Origin: Acidobacteriota bacterium
Lineage (GTDB): Bacteria; Acidobacteriota; UBA4820; DSQY01
Direction of reading: 5' to 3'
Assembly: GCA_049967655.1 (NCBI GenBank)
Contig: JBMFSH010000017.1
Location: forward strand, 1-58,570
Length of the DNA: 58,570 bases
Position numbers and translations under genes: made by a program. Below, in pieces: positions 18,140 through 28,010 of the stretch. The first letter of the stretch is position 1. Every line of letters starts with the position of its first letter. The notes beneath the pieces are model-generated. The model saw nothing but the letters and a program-made list of their open reading frames with translations, searched no databases and had not been told where the DNA came from.

Positions 18140-18946
18140 ATGGACGCGACCCTGGCCACCGGCGTGAAGCTCGAAAAGATGCTCCTGAACCGCGCGGGCC
18201 GAGCCATCGCGGACTTCGACCTCATCCGGGAGGGAGACCGCGTGGCCGTGGCCCTCTCGGGCGGGAAGGACTCCTTCAGCCTGCTCAGGCTCCTCTTCCT
18301 GCTCCAGCGCCGCTCCCCGGTCCCCTTCGAGATGACGGGGCTCACCATCCACAACGGCTCCGACCTGTTTCAGGCGGACCTTTTGGAGGAGTACTGCCGC
18401 CGCGAGGGCATCCCCCTTCACGTGGAGAAAACCTCCCTGGCGGCCGTCGTGGAGGAGAAGCGCCGGCCGGGCTCCCCCTACTGCTCCCTCTGCTCGCGCC
18501 TCAGGCGAGGAGCCCTCTACGGCGCGGCGCGGGCCCTGGGCTGCAACAAGCTCGCCCTGGGGCACCACCTGGACGACGCCGCCGAGACGCTCCTCATGAA
18601 CCTCTTCTTCGAGGGAAGCCTGAAGGCCATGCCCCCCAAGCTCCTCGCGGAGAACGGCAGGATCACGCTGATCCGTCCGCTGCTGTACGCCCCCGAGGCC
18701 ATGCTCGCCGACTACGCGCGCGAGCAGGGATTCCCCGTCATCGATTGCGGATGCTGGCTCTGCGGGGAGCAGGAGCAGGAGAGGGCGCGGATGAAGGCCC
18801 TCATCGCCGAGGTGTCCGAACGCTACCCGAAGGTCCGAAGCTCCATCCTGTCGGCACTGACGAGGCTGGAGCCCCGGTTCCTCATGGACCGCCGCCGGCA
18901 CGATTTCGAGGAGGAGGAGGCCCGCCGTGGAACCCCTGAAAGCTGA
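18140..18946 (+). CDS. ttcA: tRNA 2-thiocytidine biosynthesis protein
   Basis: SGGKDS PP-loop, CSLCSRLRRG, LGHHLDD, IRPL. Confidence 0.88.
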   Translation: MDATLATGVKLEKMLLNRAGRAIADFDLIREGDRVAVALSGGKDSFSLLRLLFLLQRRSPVPFEMTGLTIHNGSDLFQADLLEEYCRREGIPLHVEKTSLAAVVEEKRRPGSPYCSLCSRLRRGALYGAARALGCNKLALGHHLDDAAETLLMNLFFEGSLKAMPPKLLAENGRITLIRPLLYAPEAMLADYAREQGFPVIDCGCWLCGEQEQERARMKALIAEVSERYPKVRSSILSALTRLEPRFLMDRRRHDFEEEEARRGTPES

Positions 18947-19430
18947 AGACCTGCGCGAGCTGGCGCGGCGCACCAGCCAGTACCGGCTCTTCTTCTGGAT
19001 CTACGTCGCCTCGGCGGCCCTCTACGCGGCCAGCGCCGCGGCCCTGACGGCGCAGACCCCGCCCTCCCCTTACCCGCTCGCCGACGGCGCTCTCGCCTTC
19101 GGCCTCTTCGCCCTGCTCGTCGTCTTCCTGGGCCGCTGGGCGGCCTTCCGTCCCCCAGCCCTCCGCCGTCTTCAGTTGGACTCGATGCAGAAGATGGTGC
19201 GCTACACCTTTTTCACTTGGATTTTCCTGTTGACGATGGGCGAGAGCCTGGGCATGACGGCGGTCACGGCGGCGGCCCTGGGCGCGGTCTCGCCTTGGAA
19301 GATGCTCCTGCTCTGCTTCTGGCAGGTGCTCGCCGGACTGGTGCTCACGCCGGAGCGGGCGCACTGGGACCGCGTGCTCTCTCTCTGGCAGCAAACCTTC
19401 TCCCCCCCGACCGATAGGAGGATCGCATGA
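18927..19430 (+). CDS. Hypothetical membrane protein
   Basis: About 4 hydrophobic segments; overlaps both neighbours. Confidence 0.7.
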   Translation: MEPLKAEDLRELARRTSQYRLFFWIYVASAALYAASAAALTAQTPPSPYPLADGALAFGLFALLVVFLGRWAAFRPPALRRLQLDSMQKMVRYTFFTWIFLLTMGESLGMTAVTAAALGAVSPWKMLLLCFWQVLAGLVLTPERAHWDRVLSLWQQTFSPPTDRRIA

Positions 19431-19873
19431 GCCGTTCCCTGCTGCGCACCGCCCTCGTCGCCGCGGCACTGTGCCTTACGCTTCCCTTCAGCGCCGAGTT
19501 CTCGTGCAACCGCTATGACTTCGCGCTGAACCGGTTCATCCGCCTGGATGCCAAGGCGGGCGATCTGGTGGTCCAGGACGTGGAGTTCCTGTTCCCCTCC
19601 TACATCGGCCCCAAGAAGCTCGACATCGTGGGTCGCAACGAGGCCGTCGTGGATGTCAAGAACTACGGCTCCGCCGCGCTAAGGATCCACGTGGCCATCG
19701 CCCTGTTCGACGCCAGCGGCAACCTGGTGGGATGCGGAACTTCGGGCAGCAAGCTCGGCTACACGCGATCGGGCGAGAGCGAGGACTTCCACGTCGCCTT
19801 CAACTACGTGCACTCCAAGCTCATGGAGGCGAAATACTTCTACCTGACGGTGGAGACCGAGCCCGCCAAGTAG
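19427..19873 (+). CDS. Hypothetical secreted protein (possible FxLYD/Ig-like domain)
   Basis: Signal peptide; VKNYG...IALFDASGNLVG pattern. Confidence 0.7.
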   Translation: MSRSLLRTALVAAALCLTLPFSAEFSCNRYDFALNRFIRLDAKAGDLVVQDVEFLFPSYIGPKKLDIVGRNEAVVDVKNYGSAALRIHVAIALFDASGNLVGCGTSGSKLGYTRSGESEDFHVAFNYVHSKLMEAKYFYLTVETEPAK

Positions 19874-19901
19874 GAGCTCAAGCCCACCGATCGCGGCATG
19901 G

Positions 19902-20621
19902 TCAGCGCTCCACGCCGCGCAGGGTCTGCGCGCCGTCCCGCGCCACGCGCAGGTGGACCCCCTCCTCGCGGAACTGAGGCAGGAAGCGGATCTCCACCCC
20001 TTCCTGCCGGACAACCCTGTTCAGGTGGAAGTGGCCCAGCACGGCCGAATTCACCCCTTCGGCCTTGAGGCGGCGGGCCCAGACCGAGAGCTCCCGCTCC
20101 GGAAAGTAGCTCTTGTAGGCCGCGTTTGTGCCCGCCAGCCGGCCCTCCAGGTGGCGCGCCAGCCGGAGCTGCCCTTCGGCCGGCAGGAGCTGGAAGAGCC
20201 TCCTGACGGTGCGCGCCCTGGAGAACTCCCTCCATCGGAGGTAGTTGGCGTCCGAGGTGTTGATCAGGTCGCCGTGTTCGAAGCGGATGCGGGCGGGCCC
20301 TTCCGTCACCAGGTCCCAGTGGTCGCACACCCGGATGGGGCTCCACCGGGCCAGCTCCTCCATGAAGTAGTCGCGGTTCCCCGCCAGGTAGATGACCTTG
20401 CGCCCGTTCTTGGCGAGGCGCGAGAGGGCCGTGAGGACGCTCTCCTGCTCGGGGGTCTGGGCTCCGGGGAGGCCGATCCAGACCTGGAAGAGATCGCCGA
20501 GAAGGACCAGGTGGCGCGCGCCGGCCCTCTCAAAATCCTGAAGCCAGGTCAGGAATACGGGGAGGGCCGGATCTTCGATCGAAAGGTGAGGGTCCGCCGC
20601 GCACCAAGCCAGGTCGTCCAC
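19902..20621 (-). CDS. lpxH: UDP-2,3-diacylglucosamine hydrolase-like metallophosphoesterase
   Basis: ADPHL, LLGDLF, GNRDY, EHGD, LGHFH; GTG start with AGGAG. Confidence 0.75.
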   Translation of the reverse strand: MDDLAWCAADPHLSIEDPALPVFLTWLQDFERAGARHLVLLGDLFQVWIGLPGAQTPEQESVLTALSRLAKNGRKVIYLAGNRDYFMEELARWSPIRVCDHWDLVTEGPARIRFEHGDLINTSDANYLRWREFSRARTVRRLFQLLPAEGQLRLARHLEGRLAGTNAAYKSYFPERELSVWARRLKAEGVNSAVLGHFHLNRVVRQEGVEIRFLPQFREEGVHLRVARDGAQTLRGVER

Positions 20622-20898
20622 GCCGCTCCTCCGCGTCAGGCCGCACGGGCCGTGCTGCCGGCCCCGCGTGGGGAGCCTATCACGCGGTGGGAGGCCGCAC
20701 AAGGTTGCTTGCGGCCCGACGGGCGTTCATATTGTTCATCAGGCGATGGGTGCGCTGACAGGGTCAGGGCGCCGAACGGCGCGACCGGGGGTTGGAGCAA
20801 GAAAGGCGCGATCCTGTCCGGGGAGTTGGAGGGGCGGCCCCCCTTGGGCTTCACCATGAGTGGCGCCGAATAGGTCATGGAGATCAAGGAGGAAGAAG

Positions 20899-21315
20899 AT
20901 GGATTTGACCCTTGCCAGCCAGGAGCGTTGCGAGGTGATGGACATCACCGCCAACGTCCAGAGGGCCTGCCGCCAGTGGGGCGGAAGCGGGGCCGTGCTG
21001 GTCTACTGCCCCCACACCACCGGCGGCGTGACCCTCAACGAGAAATTCGATCCCACGGTCCGCCAGGATATCCTGCATTGGATGGAGCGGCTGGTCCCCG
21101 CGGGAGCGGTCTACGCCCACGCGGAGGGGAACGCCGACGCCCACATCAAGGCGAGCCTCACCGGAAACCACGTCCTGATCCCCGTGCGCCAGGGGAATCT
21201 GCTCCTAGGCCGCTGGCAGGGGCTCTTCTTCCTGGAGTTCGACGGGCCGAGGCATCGCACGCTCTGGCTCAGCTTCCTCGCGGCGGCACCGCAGGAGACG
21301 GGGAGCGGGAAGTAG
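20899..21315 (+). CDS. yjbQ: YjbQ (UPF0047) family protein
   Basis: PHTTGG.TLNE, NADAHIKASL, LGRWQGLFFLEFDGPR. Confidence 0.9.
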   Translation: MDLTLASQERCEVMDITANVQRACRQWGGSGAVLVYCPHTTGGVTLNEKFDPTVRQDILHWMERLVPAGAVYAHAEGNADAHIKASLTGNHVLIPVRQGNLLLGRWQGLFFLEFDGPRHRTLWLSFLAAAPQETGSGK

Positions 21316-21358
21316 AAGGCTGGCCCTGCGCGGGACGGAGGGTACGGCCTCTCTCATC

Positions 21359-22159
21359 TCAATCATTGACGGTGACGAAGCCCGTGACGCCGTCAGCCTG
21401 GATTCGGCGCTGGAGGGCCTCGGCGGCCGCTTCGGTGGGCAGGTGGCCCACGCGGACCCGGTAGAAGTCCCGGAACCGGATCACGTAGGCATCGCCGTAT
21501 CGGTTGGCCATCAGGTCCCTGAAGCGCAGCGCGTTCTGCTCGTTCTGGAAGGCTCCGACCTGCACGGTGAAGGAGGCGTCGAGGAGGGAGGCGCTGGTGC
21601 CCGGACCGCCCACGAGGGTCTCACCGGGCGTGGGGGCGGACTTGGGCCGTTCGGTGGCCCGGTCCAACACCTGGATGCGAACGCGGGCCAGCCCCTCGTT
21701 GGCAAATCCCAGGGCCTTGGCCGCGCCGTAGGAGCAGTCCAAGCCCCGGCCCTTCACGAAGGGGCCCCTGTCGTTGATCGTGAGCACGGCCTGGCGGCCG
21801 TTCTCCAGATTGGTGACCCTCACGATGGTCCCCAACGGCAGGGTGCGATGCGCTGCGGTGAGGCCGTACATGTCGAAGATCTGGCCGCTGGCCGTGGGCT
21901 TGCCGTTGAACTCCTTCCCGTACCAGGAGGAGACCACCTCCTGCTCCCGCTCCCGGCTCGGGATGTGCGGCGCGCCTGCCCGGCGCCGGTGGTGCACGCA
22001 CCCGCCCTGGAGCAGCAGGGCCGCGAGGGCCAGGCCGATCAGCAGCCCGCTCCGGCGCCTCGGGCCGCCCCGCCTGGCCTGCCGGGACGCGGCGTCCAAC
22101 CGGCAGCCGCCGGGGGGCGCTTGGCGGCCGAGGGAGCGCCGCCCGGTGTCATCTCTCAT
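21359..22159 (-). CDS. rlpA: Septal ring lytic transglycosylase RlpA with SPOR domain
   Basis: SWYG, TASG, TAAHRTLP, INDRGPF; C-terminal VQVGAF SPOR; lipobox-like LQGGC. Confidence 0.9.
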   Translation of the reverse strand: MRDDTGRRSLGRQAPPGGCRLDAASRQARRGGPRRRSGLLIGLALAALLLQGGCVHHRRRAGAPHIPSREREQEVVSSWYGKEFNGKPTASGQIFDMYGLTAAHRTLPLGTIVRVTNLENGRQAVLTINDRGPFVKGRGLDCSYGAAKALGFANEGLARVRIQVLDRATERPKSAPTPGETLVGGPGTSASLLDASFTVQVGAFQNEQNALRFRDLMANRYGDAYVIRFRDFYRVRVGHLPTEAAAEALQRRIQADGVTGFVTVND

Positions 22160-22397
22160 CGGGAAAGACCCTCCGCAGGATCGAGCCGCGCCGGATCAAC
22201 CAGAGGAACACCAGAAAAGCCGCCACTCCGAGCAGGCCGCCCAGGGCCATGATCAGCAGCGCCCTGACCGCCGTTTCGCGCTGCCCCTCCGCCCCGCCGA
22301 ACCAGGACCTCAGGGCCTCCAGGGCCGGGAAGCCCTCGAAGAGCACGTAGAGGGAGGATAGGAGGGCCTTGAGAATTCGGACCAGCCAGTCGAGCAC
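22149..22397 (-). CDS. Small hypothetical membrane protein
   Basis: RBS GGAGG, hydrophobic segment, overlaps the rlpA start. Confidence 0.5.
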   Translation of the reverse strand: MLDWLVRILKALLSSLYVLFEGFPALEALRSWFGGAEGQRETAVRALLIMALGGLLGVAAFLVFLWLIRRGSILRRVFPDER

Positions 22398-22464
22398 CCC
22401 GTCCTCCCGCCCGGCGCCGCGAGGTCCGTCCCCCGTCGGCCGGGGGCGGACTCTTCGCCGGGGC

Positions 22465-23220
22465 TCAGGGTTTGAAAGGGTCCTGCAGGTCCATGAGCTG
22501 CCGCTGTACCTTCACGCCCGGAGGGATGTTTACCTTGAAGGCATCGGGAGGGAGCGCCGGGTTCAGCTCCCAGTCCGAAAAGTCGAAGCGGATGACGTCT
22601 CCCTCCGTCTCCACCACGTCGAAGCCCTCCAAGAGCCCCGTGCGGTCGTCCACGTCGAAGTGCAGGACGGCGATCTTCCGCTTCAGGCGGAACTTGCGGG
22701 GGAGGAGGGTCAGGTGGACGATGTGGCCCTCCTCTCCGGACCAAATCACCGTGAAGGACTCCTTCAGCTCGTCCAGGGGCTGCCCCACGCCCAGGTAGCG
22801 GATGATCTTGTTCTGGTGCCTCCGGATGTCCTGGACGACGACCCTCTTCTGGCGGGGCTCGTAGACCAGCAGGTCGCCGTCCTTGATGAGGAAGTAGAGC
22901 GGCGAGGGGGAGGTATACCGGTAGAGCGCCGTGTCGGGCTTTTTCAGGGTCAGCTCGCCCTTGAGCACCTGCGGCTTGGCGAGCATCTGAAAGTTGTTGG
23001 TCTGCACGAATTTCACGCGCAGGGTCTGGATCCCCTTCTGCAGGTCGTTCATCTTTTGAAGAAGGGCCACCAGCCGGGGGTCGTCCGCCTTCCGGGGATC
23101 TTTGGCCCGCGCGGAAAGGGGCCCGAGCGCCAGCAGGCAGAGGAGGGCGAAGAGCGTCAGGAGGAGGGCCCTCCCGCCCGCCTTGCCGGCCAAGGGGTTG
23201 GCGCGTCGTTCCCTAGCCAT
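22465..23220 (-). CDS. LolA-family outer-membrane lipoprotein carrier
   Basis: TLRVKFVQ, GELTLKKP, YRYTSP, DAFKVNIPPGVKV. Confidence 0.8.
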   Translation of the reverse strand: MARERRANPLAGKAGGRALLLTLFALLCLLALGPLSARAKDPRKADDPRLVALLQKMNDLQKGIQTLRVKFVQTNNFQMLAKPQVLKGELTLKKPDTALYRYTSPSPLYFLIKDGDLLVYEPRQKRVVVQDIRRHQNKIIRYLGVGQPLDELKESFTVIWSGEEGHIVHLTLLPRKFRLKRKIAVLHFDVDDRTGLLEGFDVVETEGDVIRFDFSDWELNPALPPDAFKVNIPPGVKVQRQLMDLQDPFKP

Positions 23221-24772
23221 GCCGGAAGTGCCTCGTGCCCGTGAAGACCATGGCCAGCTTGAGCCGGTCGGCGGCCTCGATGACCTCCGGATCCCGGATG
23301 CTTCCGCCCGGCTGAATCACCGCCGTAACGCCCGCTTCGGCCAGTTCCTCGACGCCATCCGGGAAGGGGAAGAAGGCGTCAGAGGCGGCCACGCAGCCCT
23401 TCGTGTCGCGGTAGGCCTTCATCCGGGCGATCTTCACCGAATCCACCCGGCTCATCTGGCCGGCGCCCACGCCCACGGTCCCCTCCGCGTCTCCGATGAC
23501 GATGGCGTTGCTCTTCACGTGCTTGCAGACCTTCCAGGCCAGCTCCAGGGCGGTGGTTTCGGATTCCGTGGGAGCGCGCCTCGTGACCACCTTGCGCTCC
23601 TCGGGCAGGCCCGGCAGGTCCTGGGTCTGCACCAGCAGCCCGCCGGCCACGCGCTTGAGGTCCCAGCCCGGGAAGGGGTCCTGGTCCTTGAGCTCGATGA
23701 TCCGGAGGTTCTTCTTCCGGGAGAGCACCTCCAGGGCCTTGGGCTCGAAGGAGGGGGCCACCACGATCTCCAGGAAGATCTCCGACAGGGCGAGGGCCGC
23801 CTCTCCGTCGCAGGGGACGTTGAAGGCGACGATGCCCCCGTAGGCCGAAAGCAAATCGGTCTGGAGGGCCCGGCGGAAGGCCTCCAGGGGCGAGGCCCCG
23901 AGGGCGGCGCCGCAGGGGTTTGTGTGCTTGATGATGGCGCAGGAGGGCCGCGGCAGCTCGCAGGCCAGGGACCACGCCCCGTGCAGGTCCAGGAGGTTGT
24001 TGAAGGAGAGCTCCTTCCCCTGGTACTGCTTCAGGGCGCCGAAGAAGCGGTCCCCCTCGCGGTAGAAGGCGGCCTCCTGCTGTGGGTTCTCGCCGTAGCG
24101 CAGGCTCTGGGCCTTGTGCATGAAGAGGGGCAGGAAATCCGGGAAGGTCCCTCCGTTGCGGATCAGCTCGCCACCCTCCATGCGGACGGTGGAGAGGTGG
24201 CGCGCGATGGCGCCGTCGTACTGCGCCGTCCGCTGGAAGGCCTTGGCGGAGAGCCTCAGCCTCGTCTCGGCGGTGACGCCCCCTTCGCGCTCGATCTCTT
24301 CCATGAGGGGGCCGTAGTCCGACGGGTCCACGACGACGGCCACGGATTCGAAGTTCTTCGCCGCCGAGCGGACCATGGAGGGGCCGCCGATGTCGATGTT
24401 TTCGATGGCCTCGGCGATGCTCGCCCCGGGAGAGGCCACCACCCTCTCGAACGGATAGAGATTGACGACCACGAGGTCGATGGGCGCGCCGCCCAGGCGC
24501 TCCAGGTCCTTCAGGTGCTCTTCCGTCCGCCTCGCCAGGATGCCGCCGTGCACGCGGGGGTGCAGGGTCTTGACCCGCCCTTCCATGACCTCCGGGGAGC
24601 CGGTGTAGGAGGCCACGTCCGTCACGGGTAGGCCGGCCTCCCTCAGGAGCTTGGCCGTCCCTCCGGTGGAGAGCACCTCAACCCCCCGCCCGGTGAGGAA
24701 GCGGACGAACCCCTCCAGGTTCTCCTTGCGCGAAACCGAAATCAGAGCCCGCTGGATGGTCACCGTCTTCAT
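23213..24772 (-). CDS. purH: Bifunctional AICAR transformylase/IMP cyclohydrolase
   Basis: RALISVS, STGGT, GRVKTLHP, IDIGGP, YGENP, ASDAFFPF, RHFRH. Confidence 0.97.
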   Translation of the reverse strand: MKTVTIQRALISVSRKENLEGFVRFLTGRGVEVLSTGGTAKLLREAGLPVTDVASYTGSPEVMEGRVKTLHPRVHGGILARRTEEHLKDLERLGGAPIDLVVVNLYPFERVVASPGASIAEAIENIDIGGPSMVRSAAKNFESVAVVVDPSDYGPLMEEIEREGGVTAETRLRLSAKAFQRTAQYDGAIARHLSTVRMEGGELIRNGGTFPDFLPLFMHKAQSLRYGENPQQEAAFYREGDRFFGALKQYQGKELSFNNLLDLHGAWSLACELPRPSCAIIKHTNPCGAALGASPLEAFRRALQTDLLSAYGGIVAFNVPCDGEAALALSEIFLEIVVAPSFEPKALEVLSRKKNLRIIELKDQDPFPGWDLKRVAGGLLVQTQDLPGLPEERKVVTRRAPTESETTALELAWKVCKHVKSNAIVIGDAEGTVGVGAGQMSRVDSVKIARMKAYRDTKGCVAASDAFFPFPDGVEELAEAGVTAVIQPGGSIRDPEVIEAADRLKLAMVFTGTRHFRHG

Positions 24773-24841
24773 CGTTCTTCTCCGTTGTCATGGGCCGGGG
24801 ACGGGCGCCGCCGGCGTTCCCGGCATGGTGATGACCGCTCC

Positions 24842-25654
24842 TCAGGAGGCGTGGTTTTCCCCGGGATGATAGAAGGGGGTCGCCGCCACGTCACCCCCCA
24901 TGGACTTCCACATATAAAACCAGCTCTTGGCCGCGTCGGAAACGGCGTGCGAAAGGACCACCTCGGCCACGCCGAAGGCGTTGGAACGGTCGTCGAAGGT
25001 ATCGGAGGAGACCCGCTTCCCGTGCGGGAAGTAGCAGAAGAGGACCGCCTGCTCGTAGCGCGGCATGCCGTCCAGCCTGTGAATCAGGTAGGAGCGGAGG
25101 TCGCCCCTCAAGGGCGGGCTGTCGTACCCGTCGAAGGCGACCACTATGAGGGGCAACTTGCGCTCCATGTAGGCGAGGTAGTCCCCCTGCACCTGCACGG
25201 CCCTCGGATCCCGACCTGCCCGGAGAGGATCGTTGAGCAGATAGATGAGCCCCGCGGTCATCCCCATGTGGTAGGCCACCTGTTGGAAGGGCTCCATCGT
25301 CTGAAAAAGGGTGGGGACGAGGTCGAATTCCCGCACCGCCGCATCGAGAACGTCCGCCGTGGGCTTGGCGGCATAGCCCTTGAGAGCGTCGGACACGCCG
25401 CGATCCAGGTCGCTCCGATAGGCCAGCAGGGCGTTCCGAAGCGCCACCGGCGCCAGCCGCAGGGTCAGATCGGTCATCCGCTTCGTGGTGGCGGGGCCGT
25501 AGGCGGCGTCCGCGGGGGCCGCGGCCGGGGTGGAAAGCACCGGGCTCAACAGGAGAAGCCCGGCGAGGAAGAGAAAGAGACAGGGAAAAAAAGGAAAGGC
25601 CCGAGGGGCCGGGGTGCCGGGGAACCCAGGAGTCGCGGTCATTGGCTTTTTCAT
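24842..25654 (-). CDS. Hypothetical secreted helical protein
   Basis: Signal/TM segment, GC-biased codons; start position uncertain. Confidence 0.65.
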   Translation of the reverse strand: MKKPMTATPGFPGTPAPRAFPFFPCLFLFLAGLLLLSPVLSTPAAAPADAAYGPATTKRMTDLTLRLAPVALRNALLAYRSDLDRGVSDALKGYAAKPTADVLDAAVREFDLVPTLFQTMEPFQQVAYHMGMTAGLIYLLNDPLRAGRDPRAVQVQGDYLAYMERKLPLIVVAFDGYDSPPLRGDLRSYLIHRLDGMPRYEQAVLFCYFPHGKRVSSDTFDDRSNAFGVAEVVLSHAVSDAAKSWFYMWKSMGGDVAATPFYHPGENHAS

Positions 25655-25732
25655 GGTTTCATCTCCGGCGCGGCGACCCCGTCTCTTTTCCCTGTTTCGC
25701 TGTCTCCCTGTCTCTCTGTTTCTATCCTTTTT

Positions 25733-27151
25733 CTATCCTTTCATCTGCGCGATGATGGCATCACCAAACTCGGAGCACTTGAGCTCCTTCACGTCCTTGT
25801 GGCCCTCCGCCTTCATGAGGCGGGCGAAGTCGTAGGTCACGGTGTGCGCGGCGATGGCGGACTCGATCCCCTTCACGAGCAGGTCCGCCGCCTCGGTCCA
25901 CCCCAGGTGCCGGAACATCATCTCGCCCGAGAGGATGACGGAGCCCGGGTTGACCTTGTCCAGGTTGGCGTACTTGGGCGCCGTGCCGTGGGTGGCCTCG
26001 AAAATGGCGTGGCCCGACACGTAGTTGATGTTCCCGCCGGGGGCGATGCCGATGCCCCCCACCTGCGCCGCCAGGGCGTCGGAGAGGTAGTCGCCGTTGA
26101 GGTTCAGGGTCGCGATGACGTCGAACTCGTCGGCCCGGGTGAGGGTCTGCTGGAGGGTGATGTCGGCGATGGTGTCCTTGAGCATGAGCTTCTGCTTCCA
26201 CTTGCCGTCGCCGTGGGTGGGCCAGAGCTTGAGGGTGTTCGCCACCTCCCGGATGATCTCGGCCTTCTTGTCCGGCGCGAACATGTCCAGGCCGGGCTCA
26301 ATCATGCGGGCGTTCTCCTCGTCGCTCAGGGCCGGGTTGGCCTCCTTGTTGCCGAGGATCCAGCTCTCCCGGATCGTCACGGTTTCGTTCCGGAACTCCT
26401 TCGCCCCCACCTCGTAGCCCCAGTCCTTGAAGGCGCCCTCGGTGAACTTCATGATGTTGCCCTTGTGGGTGAAGTTCACGCTCTTGCGGTGGTTCTTGAG
26501 GGCATACTGGATGGCGGCGCGGCAGAGGCGCTTGGAGCCCTCCTCGGAGACGGGCTTGATGCCGATGCCCGAGGACTCGGGGAAGCGGATCTTCTTGACG
26601 CCCATCTCCTTGATGAGGAAGTCGAGGACCTTCTTCACCTCGGGGCTGTAGGCCTTCCACTCGATGCCCGCGTAGATGTCCTCCGTGTTCTCCCGGAAGA
26701 TCACCATGTCCACCTTCTCGGGGTGCTTCACCGGGCTGGGTACCCCCTTGAAGTACTTGACGGGGCGCAGGCAGACGTAGAGATCGAGGAGCTGGCGGAG
26801 GGCCACGTTCAGCGAGCGGATGCCGCCGCCGATGGGCGTGGTGAGGGGGCCCTTGATGCCCACGAGGTAGGTCTTGAAGGCCTCCACCGTGTCGTCCGGA
26901 AGCCACTCCCCGAACTTGTGGAAGGACTTCTCGCCGGCGTACACCTCCATCCAGGCGATCTTCTTCTTGCCTCCGTAGGCCTTCTCAACCGCCGCGTCCA
27001 GCACGCGCTGGGAGGCGCGCCAGATGTCGGGGCCCGTGCCGTCGCCTTCGATGAACGGAATGATGGGGTGGTCAGGGACCTGAAGCTCCCCGCTCTTCAT
27101 CTGAATGGGGGCGCCTTCCTTGGGTGGGGTGAGGGTTTTGAAAGTAGCCAC
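25733..27151 (-). CDS. icd: NADP-dependent isocitrate dehydrogenase
   Basis: [54 protein letters not shown] start with GGAGG. Confidence 0.96.
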   Translation of the reverse strand: MATFKTLTPPKEGAPIQMKSGELQVPDHPIIPFIEGDGTGPDIWRASQRVLDAAVEKAYGGKKKIAWMEVYAGEKSFHKFGEWLPDDTVEAFKTYLVGIKGPLTTPIGGGIRSLNVALRQLLDLYVCLRPVKYFKGVPSPVKHPEKVDMVIFRENTEDIYAGIEWKAYSPEVKKVLDFLIKEMGVKKIRFPESSGIGIKPVSEEGSKRLCRAAIQYALKNHRKSVNFTHKGNIMKFTEGAFKDWGYEVGAKEFRNETVTIRESWILGNKEANPALSDEENARMIEPGLDMFAPDKKAEIIREVANTLKLWPTHGDGKWKQKLMLKDTIADITLQQTLTRADEFDVIATLNLNGDYLSDALAAQVGGIGIAPGGNINYVSGHAIFEATHGTAPKYANLDKVNPGSVILSGEMMFRHLGWTEAADLLVKGIESAIAAHTVTYDFARLMKAEGHKDVKELKCSEFGDAIIAQMKG

Positions 27152-27328
27152 GGTCGTACCTCCTCTGGTGGAAGCGGGCGAAGCGCTGGTCCTCTCCGGA
27201 ACTGCCCCCTGGGATCCCCACGAAAGGGGGGTTTCGCCTTTGCCCGGCGAGGCTTGCATGGGGTCCGCGCCCGCGTCAGCCTCGCAGTATAGCCGCGCGC
27301 CGGGAGGGGGGTCAACTCGGTGGTAGAT

Positions 27329-27589
27329 CCCCAATCCCGCGATGGAACGGGGGAAAGAGCATGGAAAGTAGGTAGAGCAAATCATTGAAGAAGAGGCCCA
27401 AGTCACCTATCAAGGGATTGGGGCGCCCTCGAGCCAAAGGCGAGAGGGCACCAAGGGTAGGGTGAGGCTCCACGGGCTTAGCCCGTGAAGCGGGGAGGGA
27501 ATGGCCCTCCCCGTCCAGGAGACAACGCCTTTCCCCGGTGAACCCGAGCGGTAGCCGGAGGCACCCGCGTTTCCATCGCGGAATTTGGG
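27329..27589. mobile_element. Putative MITE with 19-bp terminal inverted repeats and TAGAT target-site duplication
   Basis: Left CCCCAATCCCGCGATGGAA versus reverse complement of right CCCAAATTCCGCGATGGAA (17/19); TAGAT at 27324-27328 and 27590-27594; no credible ORF. Confidence 0.75.
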
Positions 27590-27705
27590 TAGATCTGGAG
27601 GGACAGGGGACAGGGGACAAGGGACAGGGGACAGGAAAGAATAACCGTGCGGTCTACCACCGGTCTCTTTCGACATCACCTCATCACCTCATCACGTCGT
27701 TTCAT

Positions 27706-27820
27706 GGGGACAAGGGACAGGAGGCTGAGGGATGAGAGAGGGCGGGCCTTTGACGACGAATCGCGCTGTAGGAGGCCTCTCCAGAGGCCGATGCGCCGTG
27801 CTGGCCCCCGCGGCCACGCT
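27706..27820 (+). repeat. Left arm of a long inverted repeat (partner 30001-30122)
   Basis: Core 27758-27820 matches the reverse complement of 30001-30063 at 61/63; GGGACAG/GGGATGA flanks also shared. Confidence 0.9.
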
Positions 27821-28010
27821 TGCGTGGACGCGCCCGCACCAGGCCCCCAGCGCCGCGCCAAGGGCGCGGCCTGGACCCAGCCGTGGTTCGGAGCCGGCAA
27901 GGCGCTCTAATTTGGACAGCCTTGGTGGTGAGCATTGTCTTTTGAATCCTCGCGGGCTATTGCCAGGGCTTCCCCACCTAGCCTATGATGAGTCCAAATT
28001 GGAGGCAGGG

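Noticed and set aside
20625..20895. Riboswitch or ncRNA between lpxH and yjbQ
   Set aside because: Hairpins are present, but I recognise no TPP, fluoride, SRP or 6S consensus; GC-rich DNA forms such stems by chance.
24773..24841. ZTP riboswitch upstream of purH
   Set aside because: Only a simple hairpin in a 69-bp gap; consensus elements are absent.
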